64,000 nucleotides of DNA, taken from assembly GCA_010093815.1 (NCBI GenBank), contig ML996575.1. One strand, 5' to 3'. The notes below the pieces were generated by a model. That model did no database searches, had not been told where the DNA came from, and worked only from the letters and a program-made list of their open reading frames with translations. This document shows, one piece after another, positions 38,420 through 52,250 of the stretch (within the stretch, counting starts at the first letter, position 1; every line of letters starts with the position of its first letter). Both the position numbers and the translations under genes were made by a program. The stretch comes from Pseudovirgaria hyperparasitica (lineage: Eukaryota).

Positions 38420-38824
38420 TGGCCCGTGAGTCTTTATGCTCCCAGGACTGCAACGATGCTCGTGGATCTGGAAAATGTAGACGGGATAGCAGGAGATGAA
38501 TGAATAGATTTTAGACTGACAATGTCATTCTCTGCCCGTGCCTGTGGAGTGTGACTTCTCGTCGGTTCGTACTATAGATTTCTTCACGACTGCAGTTTCC
38601 TTACCACCACAGCTGTTGCAGGTCCGTGCTCGTGCCCTAACTGTACAACCAACATAGCTACCGCAAACGACTCATGGATCTGACACTCGGCAGCGGTAGA
38701 CACAGACGACATTGTTATCATTTTCACTGCATTGCCTCCGCTGTCTACGCTCTACAGCACGATTCGGTGTTCGATCGAGATTATGTGCGCGTAATTGTGA
38801 GCGCGGTCGCCATAGAGTCGGGCC

Positions 38825-39556
38825 ATGTCTCTCACTCTTAAGATTGGGTCTTTGGTCATCAGGACCTTGGCGAAGCCCATTGGGGTATGCAATCATTACC
38901 TCTACAGTAGTCGGAAATAAAGCTTACTATGGCAACAGAATTACATCAAACGTAATGCCCGCGAGCACGAAACGTTCCGCAAATTATGCGTCGGTTTCGC
39001 GCAGCGCCTGCACCGCATCGACATGCGCATGCGATTAGGACTGCTACAGGACCCGGCTGTGATAGATCGGCAGATTGAACGTGAGGTCCGAGAAATGGAG
39101 GCAAGGAGAAAAAGAGATGAAGCACCGACGGTCAAAACAGAAGAGGAAACAAAGGCGGAAGAGGCCATGACCGAGAAAGAGAGAGAGGAAGCAAAGGCGA
39201 AAATTAAGGCGCGGAAACCTCGCATTCGACCTCTTTCAGAATCAAAGGCCATAGATTCAGGTGCCAACTTCATATCGGAGTCATTCTTGTTCCTGGTAGC
39301 CACCAGTATAATCGTGTTCGAAAGCTGGAGGTCCAGGAGGAAAGAGAGCAACAGAAGAGACGATGTCAACGAGAAGTTGGAGGCATTGGAGACCGCCATT
39401 CGTACTCTTGAAACGGAGCTCCACGAAGAGCGCCAGAAAAATAGCACTTCTGGCATTGTAAAGAGTGGGTTAGAGACAGCGCAAGACGCTAAGAGTGCTT
39501 CCGTAGTCAAGGTGGCCGCTGAACACGACGAGAGAAGGCCTGTCAAAGAGGCATAA
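38825..39556 (+). CDS. OPA3-like mitochondrial protein
   Basis: MSLTLKIGSLVIRTLAKPIG|NYIKRNAREH...IRPLSESKAIDSGANFISESFLF; one intron at ~38885-38938. Confidence 0.92.
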
Positions 39557-40110
39557 CACCCATATAAAGGTGTAAATGGAAATCTACACTCGCTGCACGG
39601 CCTATTTCCGACCTGATGGCTACTCAAGACAGAATCGCTAGCTTTCGATTGTCTTGGACGGATCGCGTCATTAGGAGAATCGCTACTCAACATCTCGGCC
39701 AAACGCAGACGCGCCTTTGGCCAATAGACATCTAATAGCATCGAATGCCATGTATACGCATTGGGATAAGTAGCTGCTAAGCCTGATTGTGGGACCGCAT
39801 CGTTCCAAAAATCTCACCTCTGTATAGTTACAATAAGCATGTGTACATACGTCTACAAAAAGAAGGAGTCAGGACTCAGCATTTACGGAAGATGTATAAC
39901 ATACGTCACGGCATTCTCATTGTATATCGTGTCGTTCGTATTTCAGTCTCAACGTCACCACTTCTTCTCTTCTCTTTCATTTTGCCGCGTCTCTTCATGC
40001 CCACAAGCTGCGACACATCATGTTCTGCACAAGCCTTCGTCGACGTTCTTCTGCTGCACCTCTCATCTCAACGTTGACACTGCCCACTCCCGCGGGTCTG
40101 CAGCTCATAG

Positions 40111-40875
40111 GTGAACCTTACCAATAGTCCTTTACGAGTACTAACGCTTCCCCAAGAATCTGACCTCCGCACCCACGACATTGCCATCCCAATTTCCAAT
40201 TCCAAGCGTCTGCTCTTTCTCATCGTCACTCCGCCTTGCGTCATCAGCACTTCTCTCCTCGACACACTCAAGCGCATAGAACATTTCGCCAGTCTCACGG
40301 GTGGGAAGAATTGCGCAGTCCTCTGCATGCTCTCAACATCTTCCACCAAAGACAACACCGAAGCTTCAAGCTCGACCACGGCAGCGCTCGCTGCATACGC
40401 ACACCTAACTTCAACATTGCTGTTCGGTGCGCCTCGGTCTCAAGGCGAGCCCTCAGCATCCTTTACGCCACTTGTACATCTCCCTATACTTCCCGTGCCT
40501 TTGGCATCGTCCATTCCGGACATCGTTCGTGCGTATCGGCAAATCGTCACCGCACCACTCCCTAACCCGAGCACCTACTCGGAGCCTAACACGCCTCCGT
40601 CAGCTTCAAGACCCGGCAAGCGCAAGCCCACACACGCATTTGAGCTCTTGCCCTACTGCACTGTCACGCCACCGCTCGCTGAAGACGCGGCGATTGCTCT
40701 GACGGACGCATATGTCGACTTGAAGGATCTCATACACGGTGCTATGAGTACTGCTGAGGAGGACTCCACTAGCGAGAGTATGCAAGGGATAACGGGCAGA
40801 TTGGAGGAAGTCCTTGGGGCGCAAGGGGCGCAAGATGTGAGAGATTTCTGGCGTGAGGAGTGGGTTGCGGAGTGA
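40111..40875 (+). CDS. Hypothetical fungal protein, possibly ERCC1/Spo16-like (5' end unresolved)
   Basis: 254-aa open frame with RIEHFASLTGG and a C-terminal helix-hairpin-like segment LEEVLGAQGAQDVRDFWREEW; preceded by an acceptor-like CTCATAG. Confidence 0.6.
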   Translation: MNLTNSPLRVLTLPQESDLRTHDIAIPISNSKRLLFLIVTPPCVISTSLLDTLKRIEHFASLTGGKNCAVLCMLSTSSTKDNTEASSSTTAALAAYAHLTSTLLFGAPRSQGEPSASFTPLVHLPILPVPLASSIPDIVRAYRQIVTAPLPNPSTYSEPNTPPSASRPGKRKPTHAFELLPYCTVTPPLAEDAAIALTDAYVDLKDLIHGAMSTAEEDSTSESMQGITGRLEEVLGAQGAQDVRDFWREEWVAE

Positions 40876-42140
40876 GGCATTTGTGGGCGAAGAGTTGTCA
40901 GTGCTAAGTGTGTTGCAACGGGATCTCAGTAGACCTGTGTTTGTTATGATGCATATGTGTAACAGTTTAAATGTGATCACTTCCTGCTTTTCCACCCTTT
41001 ACCAGACGTCAACGTGTCCTAGCTCAAAGAGAATGGGATATCTTTCTAATGTCTAGCAGAAGCTATAATTCTTACTCGAGGAGCCCCTTGTATCATGTCA
41101 GGCGCATCACTTTCGATATATAGCAAAGTTCACATTTACGTTACGTCCTCCAGAATTCATTTAAACCCCACAATTCGATCTTCAATATCATCTTTTACGC
41201 ATGAGGAAATCTCATTTGAGTTGAATTACTACAAATGATCTTCGCATTTGTTGAATGTCCAAGGTCTCCACCATAAGGCGCATCGTCGCGTGGAAGTTGA
41301 ACTTGAATTGCGTTAATATCGAAAGCTTGAGTAGCTCTTTCCACGCAACAAATCTCATCCAATAGCATCATGGGATTCAGAACAAGGCTTCTTTTGGCTA
41401 GGTTGCGTAACTATTCTGTTGTCCCACCGAGCGCGTTCAACACCAGCCATGGAAATAATGAATATATCAGCATTAAAGGAGAGATTGAGGAATTGAGTAC
41501 AAGGAAGCTTTCTATACCGTCTTGCTGGCCTTACTCAGTGAAAGTCAGTCTTGGGATGACATCTCAAATTCAATCATCATATCTCTAGCTCTATCAATAT
41601 AAGAAGCTTGGCAGATACAGGATACGGTACCGTCATAAGATCAACATTGAGAATCGTTCTCTATGAGATATCTCCATTTACGTACATTGTGGAAAAAACA
41701 CGAAGGAAGGAATGTAGTAAGACAGAGCCGCAAGCATAGAACTGTCGTCTTATGGTTCTATTTCATCTGGGGCAAACGCTGGTTTTGATACTATGTAGCA
41801 AGGGAAATATACTACAAGACCTGCTCTGTGCATAGGTCTGCTTTGAGCTATCGTTCCCTTTTTTTCACATGACATACCTTCAATGCACTCTATCACATAT
41901 TGCACATAGTTAGTTCCTAGTTGACATGGACTGGAATAAAGGTGAATAGGATCGGCAACAAGACCGGGGTCAACGAGCTCGAGGATCAATATGCAAGGCA
42001 AGTAACAAAGATTGAACTGAGAGTGGAGATATTGCGATACTACTAGTGACACCAACCCAGTCAACAAGGAAGCTTTGACATCAGAGACTCAGGTCAACCT
42101 TGAACAAGGGGCCATATGCATGATTCACCAAAGTGCGACT

Positions 42141-42995
42141 CTAAATATCACAGTCTATAGCCCATCTCTTGGTCAAGTCACTTTCCGCCTGTATGAGTTC
42201 CAATTGCTTCTCCATAGAAGCGACTGCCTCACTCCCTAGCTGAAGCCTGAGGACCTTCCCCTGGGGGCCTTCGCTAGGCTGGAGGACCTCGTGGACAATT
42301 GCAATCGCAGTCTTATCCGGATCCTGCCGTGCACTGCTGTGCAAGCCTTTGATTGCCTGGAGCGTGAAATCGGCAATCGTCCCCTTGTATGCATCTGGAA
42401 TTTCGGTCGCCAAACTCTCCACCTTCGCCGGCTCCATGAACGCAGTCCGCATGCCTCCGGGCTGGGCTGTGAAGACACGGATATTGAAGGGGGCAAGTTC
42501 GGCCGCAAGGGCTTGGGAGAGACCTTGCAGAGCAAACTTGCTCGATGTGTAGGCCGATGATCCCGCGTGTGCTTCCCAGCACTCGTTTGACGTGACGTTG
42601 ACAATGACCCCTACTTGCCCGTTCTCGCGCATGTGCGGAACGAGCTTGTGCATCACGCGCATTGCACCAAAGAAGTTCGTTTCGTATAGCTCGCGGACCA
42701 GGGATATAGGGCTGGCTTCGAAGATGCCACCGGCTGCATAGCCAGCGTTGTTGATGAGCACGTTTATTGGACCATGCTTTGCGATGATGGCATCGAGTCG
42801 GGCCTCCAGATCGGTGGCGGAAACGTCGAGTGCCTCCCATACCGCGTTCGGGTTACTGGTGATTTCATGGACGAGATCAGGAGTCTTTTGTGGGTTGCGA
42901 GATGTGGCAATCAGCTTTTCACCAGGTCGAGAAAGTACGGCGCGTGCGAGGGAGAGGCCTAGGCCCGTGGAACAACCAGTAATTAGCCACTGCAT
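42141..42995 (-). CDS. Short-chain dehydrogenase/reductase
   Basis: WLITGCSTGLG, NNAGY, YTSSKFAL, ELAPFNIRV. Confidence 0.9.
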   Translation of the reverse strand: MQWLITGCSTGLGLSLARAVLSRPGEKLIATSRNPQKTPDLVHEITSNPNAVWEALDVSATDLEARLDAIIAKHGPINVLINNAGYAAGGIFEASPISLVRELYETNFFGAMRVMHKLVPHMRENGQVGVIVNVTSNECWEAHAGSSAYTSSKFALQGLSQALAAELAPFNIRVFTAQPGGMRTAFMEPAKVESLATEIPDAYKGTIADFTLQAIKGLHSSARQDPDKTAIAIVHEVLQPSEGPQGKVLRLQLGSEAVASMEKQLELIQAESDLTKRWAIDCDI

Positions 42996-43981
42996 GATCG
43001 ATGAGCTGTCTCTGTTTTCTGATTCAGATCTTGTATAGATGAAGGTGAGTCGACTGTCCGAGAGCTGTAGTGCTTTAATCCTGTAGTAAAGTACATTCTG
43101 CTGGTGGACGAAGTCATTTTATATACAATGATCGTGCACTCGTGCGGCGCATCAAAACAGAACTGTCTCCGAGTTGCTGTAGTCGGAGCTGGAAGCTATT
43201 CCCGCTGACGATGTGAAAGTATTCAACCGGTCGAGAGTAGGAATGGCACGATTGAGTCTCCAGATCCGACCCGCTTCGCATTCGGTTTGAAGTTTGAAGC
43301 ACATCGGCTTTTAGGGCGGACTTAGGCGACAGTCTAAATCCTTAATTATGTTGTCTCTCCGGAGCACAGTCGGAGGAACTAATGGCCCGCTCTGCCTTTG
43401 TGGAATGATCCGGTGACGGAATTACTGGTGTAACATCGATCCGAGTCGGAGAGGGTTTTCCGGACGAGATATGGACAGCCTGTGAGTTTTGCATGAAGTA
43501 GTGGACCGAGACTGCGAACCAGCGCTTCGCTACAATGTATACAGACCTAGAACTACACTTGTGTCGACTGTGAGATTGAGATTGAAGCGGACCAGGACTC
43601 TTCGGCACCGGCGTGCCACAGCAAGTCGAACAGATGCTGCAGACATGGTCTTGCAAAGAGTATATCATGTACATACCGAGTTACGGACCAGACAATGATG
43701 TTCTCGTACATGTCAGGGCATCAGTACAAGTATGAAAGGTGCCAAGTAGGTACTCTGGTTGCGGAGAACGCACGGTCCATCCATCAATATGCAAGCTTCA
43801 TGCTCTCCTCCGCGTTCCATCAACGCCCAATTACCTCACCATATTCCATATCTGAAGCCGTTGCGCATTCCTCAATCTCTCACTGATATAACCCGGCTCA
43901 TAATGATATTCTGAAGCAATGCACCAGTTGTTACCCGCGTCCTCCCCATATTCCACGCCAAAAATTCGATGAGTGGGAGAC

Positions 43982-45581
43982 ATGGATTCCCCAATAGTCA
44001 CACAGCTCTTTCGACAGCTCTTCACACACAGAGCTTGTCTTCAACGCCATCGCCTGAGCACGTTACAGCTTAGCAATACACAACGACGATATGCATCGGA
44101 CGACCTCTTCAAGCGTGCCCCGACGAACGAAAGTAATTGGCACAAAAGATCGGCCGTGTTCCAACAAGACAAAGCAGAGGAGTTTAGTAAATTCCCAATC
44201 GTGGACTCCACATGGCTGAAAGCACGAAAGAGAAGGCCAAAACGTGTCAAGATGCTCATGCGGGACTTCATTGAAGGTACGGAGAGGACTCCTGGCCATA
44301 TGAGTGGAAACGTAGAACTAACAGCTTCCACAGACAGTCTATATAACCCCAGTTATGGCTACTTTTCCAAGCAAGCAGTCATCTTCTCGCCCGGAGAGCC
44401 ATTCGAATTCGTGAAACTCAAGAGCGAGCGCGACTTCCACAACTTACTCGGCCAGAGATATACCGAATTCGAGGACGAGCTGGACAAGGAATCAATAAAC
44501 ATATCGCGTCAGCTATGGCACACGCCGACAGAGCTGTTCAGGCCATACTACGGCGAAGCTATAGCTCGCTATCTTGTCGAGAACTACAAGCTGGCTTTAT
44601 ACCCATATCACGACCTCCTCCTGTACGAGATGGGTGCTGGAAATGGTACGCTCATGATCAACATACTCGACTACATCCGCGATGTGCATCCCGAAGTGTA
44701 CGAACGCACGCGCTACAAGATCATCGAGATTTCCACCTCCTTAGCCAGTCTACAGGCCCATCAGCTCAAGCGCACCGCCGCAGCACGAGGCCACGCAGAC
44801 AAGGTCGAGATCATAAACCGCTCCATCTTCGACTGGGACACGTACGTCTCGTCCCCTTGCTTCTTCCTCGCGCTCGAGGTCTTCGACAACTTCGCCCACG
44901 ACGCCCTGCGCTACGACTCCGTAACCCAGGAAGCATACCAGGCGTACGCCCTCATCGACGACCAGGGTGATTTCTTCGAGTTTTACACAAGGGAGCTCGA
45001 TGAGCTGACGCAGCGGTTCCTGCGGGTGCGGCAGCAGGCTTGCGCCGACATGGAATACCGACATCCGCTCCGCGAGGGCGTGTATCAGCGAAAGCTCAGG
45101 AATCTCTTCCAAGGAGGCATGCACCTCACGCAGCCAGAGTATATCCCGACGCGACTGCTGCAGTTTTTCGATGTGCTTTATAACTACTTCCCCGGTCATC
45201 GGCTCGTGACGAGTGATTTTAGCAGCCTGCCGGACGCAGTCGAGGGCGTGAATGCGCCGGTCGTGCAGACGAGATATAAGCGGAAGACTGTGCCCGTGAC
45301 GACTCCTCTGGTAAGCCATTTCCACGATGGAAATTCATCACCAAAGTGTTGATTGCTAATAATACCCGTAGGTGCACCAAGGCTACTTCGACCACCTCTT
45401 CCCAACCGATTTCCAGGTTACCGAAGGAGTCTACCGCGCCGTCACGGGCAAACTCACCAAAGTGGTGGCGCATGAAGACTTTATGAAGAGCTGGGCGTTG
45501 ATTGAAGAAACGGCGACGAAGAATGGGGAGAACCCTCTGTTGAGCTGGTACAAGAACGCCAGTGTGTTGTTCACGGTGTAG
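43982..45581 (+). CDS. NDUFAF7/MidA-like mitochondrial SAM-dependent methyltransferase
   Basis: MRDFIE|DSLYNPSYGYF, TPTELFRPYYG, YEMGAGNGTL, FPTDF; introns at ~44277-44332 and 45311-45371. Confidence 0.9.
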
Positions 45582-45799
45582 TCTCTTGGTAGATTAACGG
45601 TGGTGATGTACATAGAGAGGACGTGAGGCTTGAGTCACAAATGCTACTGATCTGAGTTGGGGTATATATTACTTTATGCACACATCATGAATGCTAGATA
45701 AGAATGAGTCGATGCTTCGCAATGCGATGCGATGCGCGCTGTGCTTTGCTATTACCCCCCCCCCCCCTACGACCGTACTCGCTACGCTTTCTTCCAGCA

Positions 45800-47271
45800 T
45801 CAACTAAACTTCGCAATCCGCTTCTCAATATCCCCAACCCACCCCTCAACCGTCTTGATATTCCCCTCCGTCACCTTCTCCCCCTCGCCCAGCCTGCCCT
45901 CAATCTTGTCCAGCGTGGCCCTCCACCCCTTGATCTCGGCCTCCTGCTCAACCTGCCTCTTCTCGACCGCATCCAACGTCGCGCCCGCCGTCATGGCCGA
46001 CGCATGAATCAGCCTCAACGAGCGCAACCGCTCCAGCACAAGCGGCAGCGTCGGACTAACCCGATCAATCGTATCGAGCGCGCCATACAACGCGTTAATC
46101 TTCGCCACACGCTCCGGGTCCTCGTCCTCTGCTTTATCTTCCTCGTCTGCCACGCTGCCGCGGCGCCCGGCACCAGCACCGGCACCAGCAGCGGTAGATT
46201 TCCCCGCCGACGCGGCGCTCGCAGCGGCCGAGAGCTCGTTCGTCTTGCGGATGGCGTCGAGCTTCTCGGCGTCGGAGATGAGCTCGCGGACCTTGCGGCT
46301 GTGGGCGTCGAGCGTGGACGGGGTGGTGCTGGCGATGGTGGAGAGCTGGCTGTCGAGCTGCTCGAGGGACTGGATGACGGAGAAGACGGGCGGGTTGGTG
46401 CCGAGGTCGGGCATGGTGATGCTGTTTAGGCCGAGCGTGGCCTCGAGCGCGGCGAGGCGGGTGTCGAAGTCGGCGGCCTGGGCGAGCAGGTATTCCTGCT
46501 GTTGTGGGGGCGCGGCGGGAGGGGCGCGGAGGGGGATGCGGGTTGGGGTGGATGTGTGCTGGGTTGATGGGTGGTGGTGGTATGTTGCGTATTTCTGGAG
46601 GGTGGCGGTGAAGTGCTCGCTGGCGCCTTGGGAGAGGTTGTGACGCTCGATGTAGGATTTGTCGAGCAGGGCGGCGAGGCGGTTGATGTCGGCGTGTGGG
46701 TCGGATTCTGGGAGCTCGGCGTTCTTGGACTGTTCTTGCTTTTGCATTTGTTCTTCGTCGAATTGGTCTTTTAGCTCGGCGACCTCGCGTCGTAGGCGGG
46801 CGAGTTTGCGGTCTTTGCTTTCTTCCTCTTCGTCGTCGCTGAGGTCGCCGTACTGGCCATTGCTGCCGCGGCGTCTGCGATGGGATGTCCGGTAGGAGGT
46901 TTTGTGGTGGCTGATTCGGTCGGAGAAGTCTACGTTGTTTGCGTCTACGCGGGCAGGGCGGAAGTGTGAGCGTGCTGATGTCGGGTTGAAGCGTCGGCGG
47001 TCGACCGCTGAGTTGTCGTCTGAGGCATTGCCGTCCTGGGATGGGGAAGGAGAGCGTACTGTAGAGTCCTGGGAGTCAATTAGCTCGTGGACCCGGGCGT
47101 ACTCAGCTTCTAGACTTACCTGTAGCGTTGATGCGTCTTCTGTGAGCTCTGGAGTTTCGTACACGTCCGGCGCATTATCCTGGTTCATGTGAGTTGAAGC
47201 ATCGTACTTGATGGTTCGGAACGCACGAGGTCTGGCAGATTCAAGTTGGCATATTTGCGAATCTGCGCCAT
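45800..47271 (-). CDS. Dynactin subunit 2 (dynamitin/p50)
   Basis: KYANLNLPDL|DNAPDVYETPEL, RKLARLRREVAEL, LPLVLERLRSLRLIH; coiled coils; at least two introns. Confidence 0.9.
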
Positions 47272-48658
47272 AGTGAAGATAGTGTTCAATCTATTTGTCT
47301 TTGCGAGTAATGTAGACTATGGAAAGAATTGTTGATCTCAACCTCCGATGCCGCGGATGAATGAGGTTCCAGGTCCTAGCTTTTGCTGCCTCAGGCCATG
47401 TAGTATCCCTTTCGACTTTGGCGGCTGTGCCATCGTCGAATAAAAACTGCCATTTGCTGTAGATAATAATCAAGAATGACATACATTGTAAATATTAATT
47501 TCTATTTCCTATACTCAGTGTACATATGTATGCAATGCAGTTTTGTATTCACGTCTCGGCTAGGGGTGGACCAGAAAACTTCGTCTAATTCTTATACGAC
47601 CTTTTACCATGTGCGACCAACGAACTACGATCTAAACACAGCTCGGGTTGTCGCTACATAATAGTTGATCGGGTTGTGTCGCTCTGTTTGTTTAAACAAT
47701 GTGGACCAATCGCGGGGTCTCATAGGTTCTGCTTGACCCCGGGCGATGATGATGTCAAACGACGTTGAACAATTGGCAAACAAGGGAATTCGAATGTTTC
47801 GCCATTCGATATCGCAGTCTCGGTAGCTTTGTTTTATTGCGAAGCAGGACAAAGAATGCAAGGACCCCTTACTTCCTATATGTGGTCTGGGCTGACCAGT
47901 CGAAGTGAAGTAAAGTCCTCGTCAAACCATCTCATTCAATCAGGCGTATTTGTGTCCAATCAGTATTTCTAAATCCTGTTAAGACAGGCTGGGGATAACC
48001 GCAGATTATAGTGGGCGAAAATGCTATTATCAGAAGTCAGCGTTATTCGCGTTCGAGCATGTGAGATATGCGACATATATACCTAGTTGTAGACCTAGAC
48101 AGAGTGAGATTTGCTATGCTTCAGCATTGGCGACATTCACAAGACTACCGATATCTTCGATGGAATCAATGTTGCCGATGTATAGTGGTGCCTACCTTGA
48201 GATCGGAGATGGCGAGGTCGCCAAGAGTAGAGAACCTTGGAGGGCGTGGACATGGAGACACAAGGCTAGGGCAGCGAGTAGCCGCATTAAGACCAGGAAG
48301 CATCATATCTAGACATGCATAAAAGTGCATTTTGGGAGTTCTCAAGAAACTGCCTGGGAACATGTCTGGCGACGTTGCCGTGGAAGGCTCAACAAAGTAA
48401 TGTCGTTGAAAGAAGGTTGAAGAAGCAGCACGGGCGGGGTTTGCCGAGCAATTTCGACTTCGACTTGCACCCCAGAGGACGCCCATCACTCAGTTGCGAT
48501 ATCAACCATCTCCTGCGCGATACGATCGATGGACTCCCCGCGTCTGCTGTGCACTTCTCTCGCTTCCGTTGCCGTAATCTGGGTCACATTCTGACCCTTT
48601 CATTCATTTTTCACATTCGGCCGACGTGTTGTCGCATAATCACGAGCGACCCCGAGGC

Positions 48659-51600
48659 ATGTTCGGCTCTATCCATGACGAGAATGTCGACGACACATCC
48701 TACCTGTTTCAAGAGTCGAATCTCCTCCTGCCGCTCTCGCATGATGATACAGACACTGGTCTTGAGTTGAAAGATGGCGGCTCGATTCCGTTTCCGAATC
48801 TGGACAATATCGAGTACGAGCCGTATAACGAATCCGGACCATCATCGGTCCACTTCAATGACCTGATTGATGTTTCAGAGACTGGAGGCAGTCACATGAG
48901 TAGTAGAGAAGAAGGCGAAAACACAACGACGTTTGCAAATGGAGATTTGCCTTCAGATAAGAACAGCACGGTCAACACACAGGCTTGGCGTGAAGGGAGC
49001 CACAATGGCAAAACAAAGACGTCGCCAGATACCGATGCCGACTCCGCTACTAAGCTTAAATCAACACCTCAATCATGTCCGGGTTCGCTCAAGAAATTGA
49101 AGCTTATCGTGCGCGAGTCGCCTCTTAGTAAGCCCGAGCATCCATCCGACAACGACAGCCCGTCCTATTCTACTTCGTCATCGAATGTGGCCAAAAGGAT
49201 CAAGACATCAAGTACTCCTGAGGCACTGAACATTCATGATGTGACTCAGCAGGGTACGCCAACGACTCGCGCCTATCATAAAAAAGTGGTCGCCGAGCTG
49301 CGACCTCGATCATCGATACCGACAGATCTTGCACCAAATGACCTCGCGCATGAGCTAGCTGTGGCTGCATATTCGTCACGTCTTAACCCGTACGCGCTTC
49401 ACAAAGGCGAATACGAGCTATTCAAAGATCACATCACTTTGCCACAGGTCACGATATATCTCAATATCCGCAATGCCATTCTTCGGCTTTGGACTAGGAA
49501 TACACTCGTCCAGGTCACGAAAGAAGAAGCGCTGGGGTGTGCCCGGGAAAGTCGCTACTTCAAACTGGCAGAGGTGGCCTATCATTGGCTGATCAGACGT
49601 GGTCTCATCAACTATGGATGTCTTGAACTGCCCAACTCGGCTGGTCCAATAACACGTATTAAGGCGACAGGACGACGTCGAACCATCATCGTGATTGGAG
49701 CGGGAGTATCTGGCCTTGGCTGCGCTCGGCAGCTACAGGGTCTTTTCTTGCAGTATGGGTACAGATTCACGGAAAATGGAGAAAAGCCTCCTCGAGTGAT
49801 CGTACTGGAAGGTCGAAAGCGCGTTGGTGGTCGCGTATACTCTCATCCACTGAAGAAACAAGGCTCAGATCTCCTCCCGAACGACCTTCGCTGCACGGCA
49901 GAGATGGGGGCACAAATCGTGACAGGATTTGAGTCTGGCAATCCTTTGAAAGCGATGGTACGAGGACAGCTTGCGCTGCATTGTTATCCGCTGAAGGACA
50001 ATACAATACTGTACGACCACGACGGTGTGCCCATCGACAGACAGCATGACATTCAGGTAGAAGGTCTCTTCAACGACATTCTCGAACGTGCAAGTGCATA
50101 CAGAAACAAGAATCCAGTAGTCAAGACAATCGAAGGGGACAAGAAGCTACTGTACTGGGCGAAAGAGCCAACCAGTGAAGGCACGAAGGTTATCTCCGAG
50201 CTCGATAGTTCAGACGCTGCAGTGACAGTGACGGGAAGCAGACGTCCCGGACAGAAGAATACGACATCGACTGCGGGCCGTGGCTACATCCTGGGGGATA
50301 GCGAGAAGACATTGAAGCCTGCAGCCGATGCAGCCAAGAAGCTGGGATGGACACTTCGTCCTGGAGTTTCGGAGAGCCAATCGATTGATCTGGATGCATT
50401 TGTGAAATCCAAAGCGTATCCAACTTTGGGTGAAACCATGGACGAGGCCATTCGCCAGTATCAGTCGCTCATTTCCTTGACACCAAAGGAGCTGAGGCTG
50501 CTCAACTGGCATTACGCCAATATGGAATACGCCAACGCTGCCAATGTGAACCAGCTGAGCCTTGGTAACTGGGACCAGGATGCAGGGAACGAGTTCGAGG
50601 GACAACATTGCGAGATCATCGGAGGATACACGCAGTTCCCTCGCGGTCTTTACTCACTGCCATCGCAGCTGGACGTGAGATTTGGCAGCTCGGTGAAGCG
50701 TGTGCAATACGAAGACAACGGTGGAGTTGACGAGAGTCGCGTAACAATCGAATGTGAGAACGGGGAAGTGATGGAGGGCGACATGGCGGTTGTGACGACT
50801 TCCCTCGGCGTTCTGAAACATGGTAATGTTGTCTTCCAGCCACCGCTTCCTGGATGGAAACAAGGGGCCATTGACCGTCTCGGCTTTGGACTCCTCAACA
50901 AGGTGACTGTAGTGTAAACGACCATGACGGTACAGGACTAACTCTTGATTAGATCATCCTCGTCTTCGACGAACCATTCTGGGAACAAGACAGAGACATG
51001 TTCGGGCTTTTGAATGACGTCACAGACAACGTCAACGAGCAGGACACCAAACAATACGGCAAGGGACGTGGGAAATACTACTTCTTCTGGAACAGAACGC
51101 GGCAGAGTGGCCAACATATGCTCGTGGCACTGATGGCAGGAGACGCAGCCCACGAGGCTGAGATCAAGGACGACAAGAGCTTGGTCGAAGGCGTTCTTGC
51201 GAAGCTGCGCAGCATGTTTGACCAACGGAAAGTGCCGAAACCGCGCGAAACGATTGTTTCTCGGTGGAAGAGCGACCCATTCGTCAGAGGCAGCTATTCA
51301 TACATTGGGCCACAGAGCGTGCAGGGTGACTACGATGCCATGGCCAAGTCTATCGGGCCGCTACACTTTGCAGGAGAAGCTACGTGTGGTACGCACCCCG
51401 CGACCGTTCACGGAGCGTACTTGTCTGGCCTCCGTGCAGCGTCGGATGTGATTGATGCATTACTAGGGCCAATCAACGTACCCACACCTTTGGCGCCCAG
51501 GAAACAGAAGGCAGAGGATGCACCAGCTGTGGCACCTCTGTATAGTACGCCAGCCAAGATTCCTCTTCTAGATGCACCGCTCGAGATGGACACGCAATTG

Positions 51601-52065
51601 GCGCGAGCCCAGCAAGAGAGCTACGAAGCATCGATCATCGGAGCGATACTGCAAGAGATTGGCGACAGACCCGTGCAGCCCAAGAAAGGAGGCACGAATC
51701 CATTTCTGCTATACACGAAAGACTACTGGGTGAAGTGCAAGGCCGACTGCGACCAAGCCCGACAGAGGGCGACGGGAAACCCGAACGCGAAAGCGGACAA
51801 ACTCGCGATCCGCAACGAAGTCGGACGATCGTGGAGAACGGCGAGCGAGGAGGTCCGGAGACCGTATATCGAGCAAACAGACAGCGCCAAAGCAAACGCC
51901 GAGGCCGGAACGACGGCGTACAAAGAGCAGGCCGCAATCTGGGATCGAGAGGCAGCGCGGATCAGGAGAGAGTACATGGAGAAGAACCCGATGATGGCGT
52001 GTGCGCGAACGAATGGGTTCAGCGGCAAGACGGCGATTGAGAGTGGCAGGAATGGGATGCGGTGA
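48659..52065 (+). CDS. LSD1/Aof2-like lysine-specific histone demethylase (SWIRM + FAD amine oxidase + HMG-like tail)
   Basis: SWIRM YLNIRNAILRLW; FAD motifs IVIGAGVSGL and EGRKRVGGRV; FAGEAT and TVHGAYLSGLRAA; intron 50903-50952. Confidence 0.93.
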
Positions 52066-52222
52066 TGATGGTAATGGGTAATTAATAGCACAGGCATGGC
52101 AATGGTGTTTGAAGTGTGGATTTGACGTGGCTGTCTTTTCAGTCTAGGCGGATGGCGGCGTGGAGTGAGTGTATTCTGAGGACGGGGTGAGAAGAGGGAC
52201 AGATGTGGCAGTGAGAGGCAGT

Positions 52223-52250
52223 CAGTGTACAGTGTACAGTGTACAGTGTA
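52223..52250. repeat. (CAGTGTA)4 heptamer repeat
   Basis: cagtgtacagtgtacagtgtacagtgta. Confidence 0.85.

Noticed and set aside
38941..39741. 266-aa minus-strand ORF
   Set aside because: Antisense to OPA3; no motifs.
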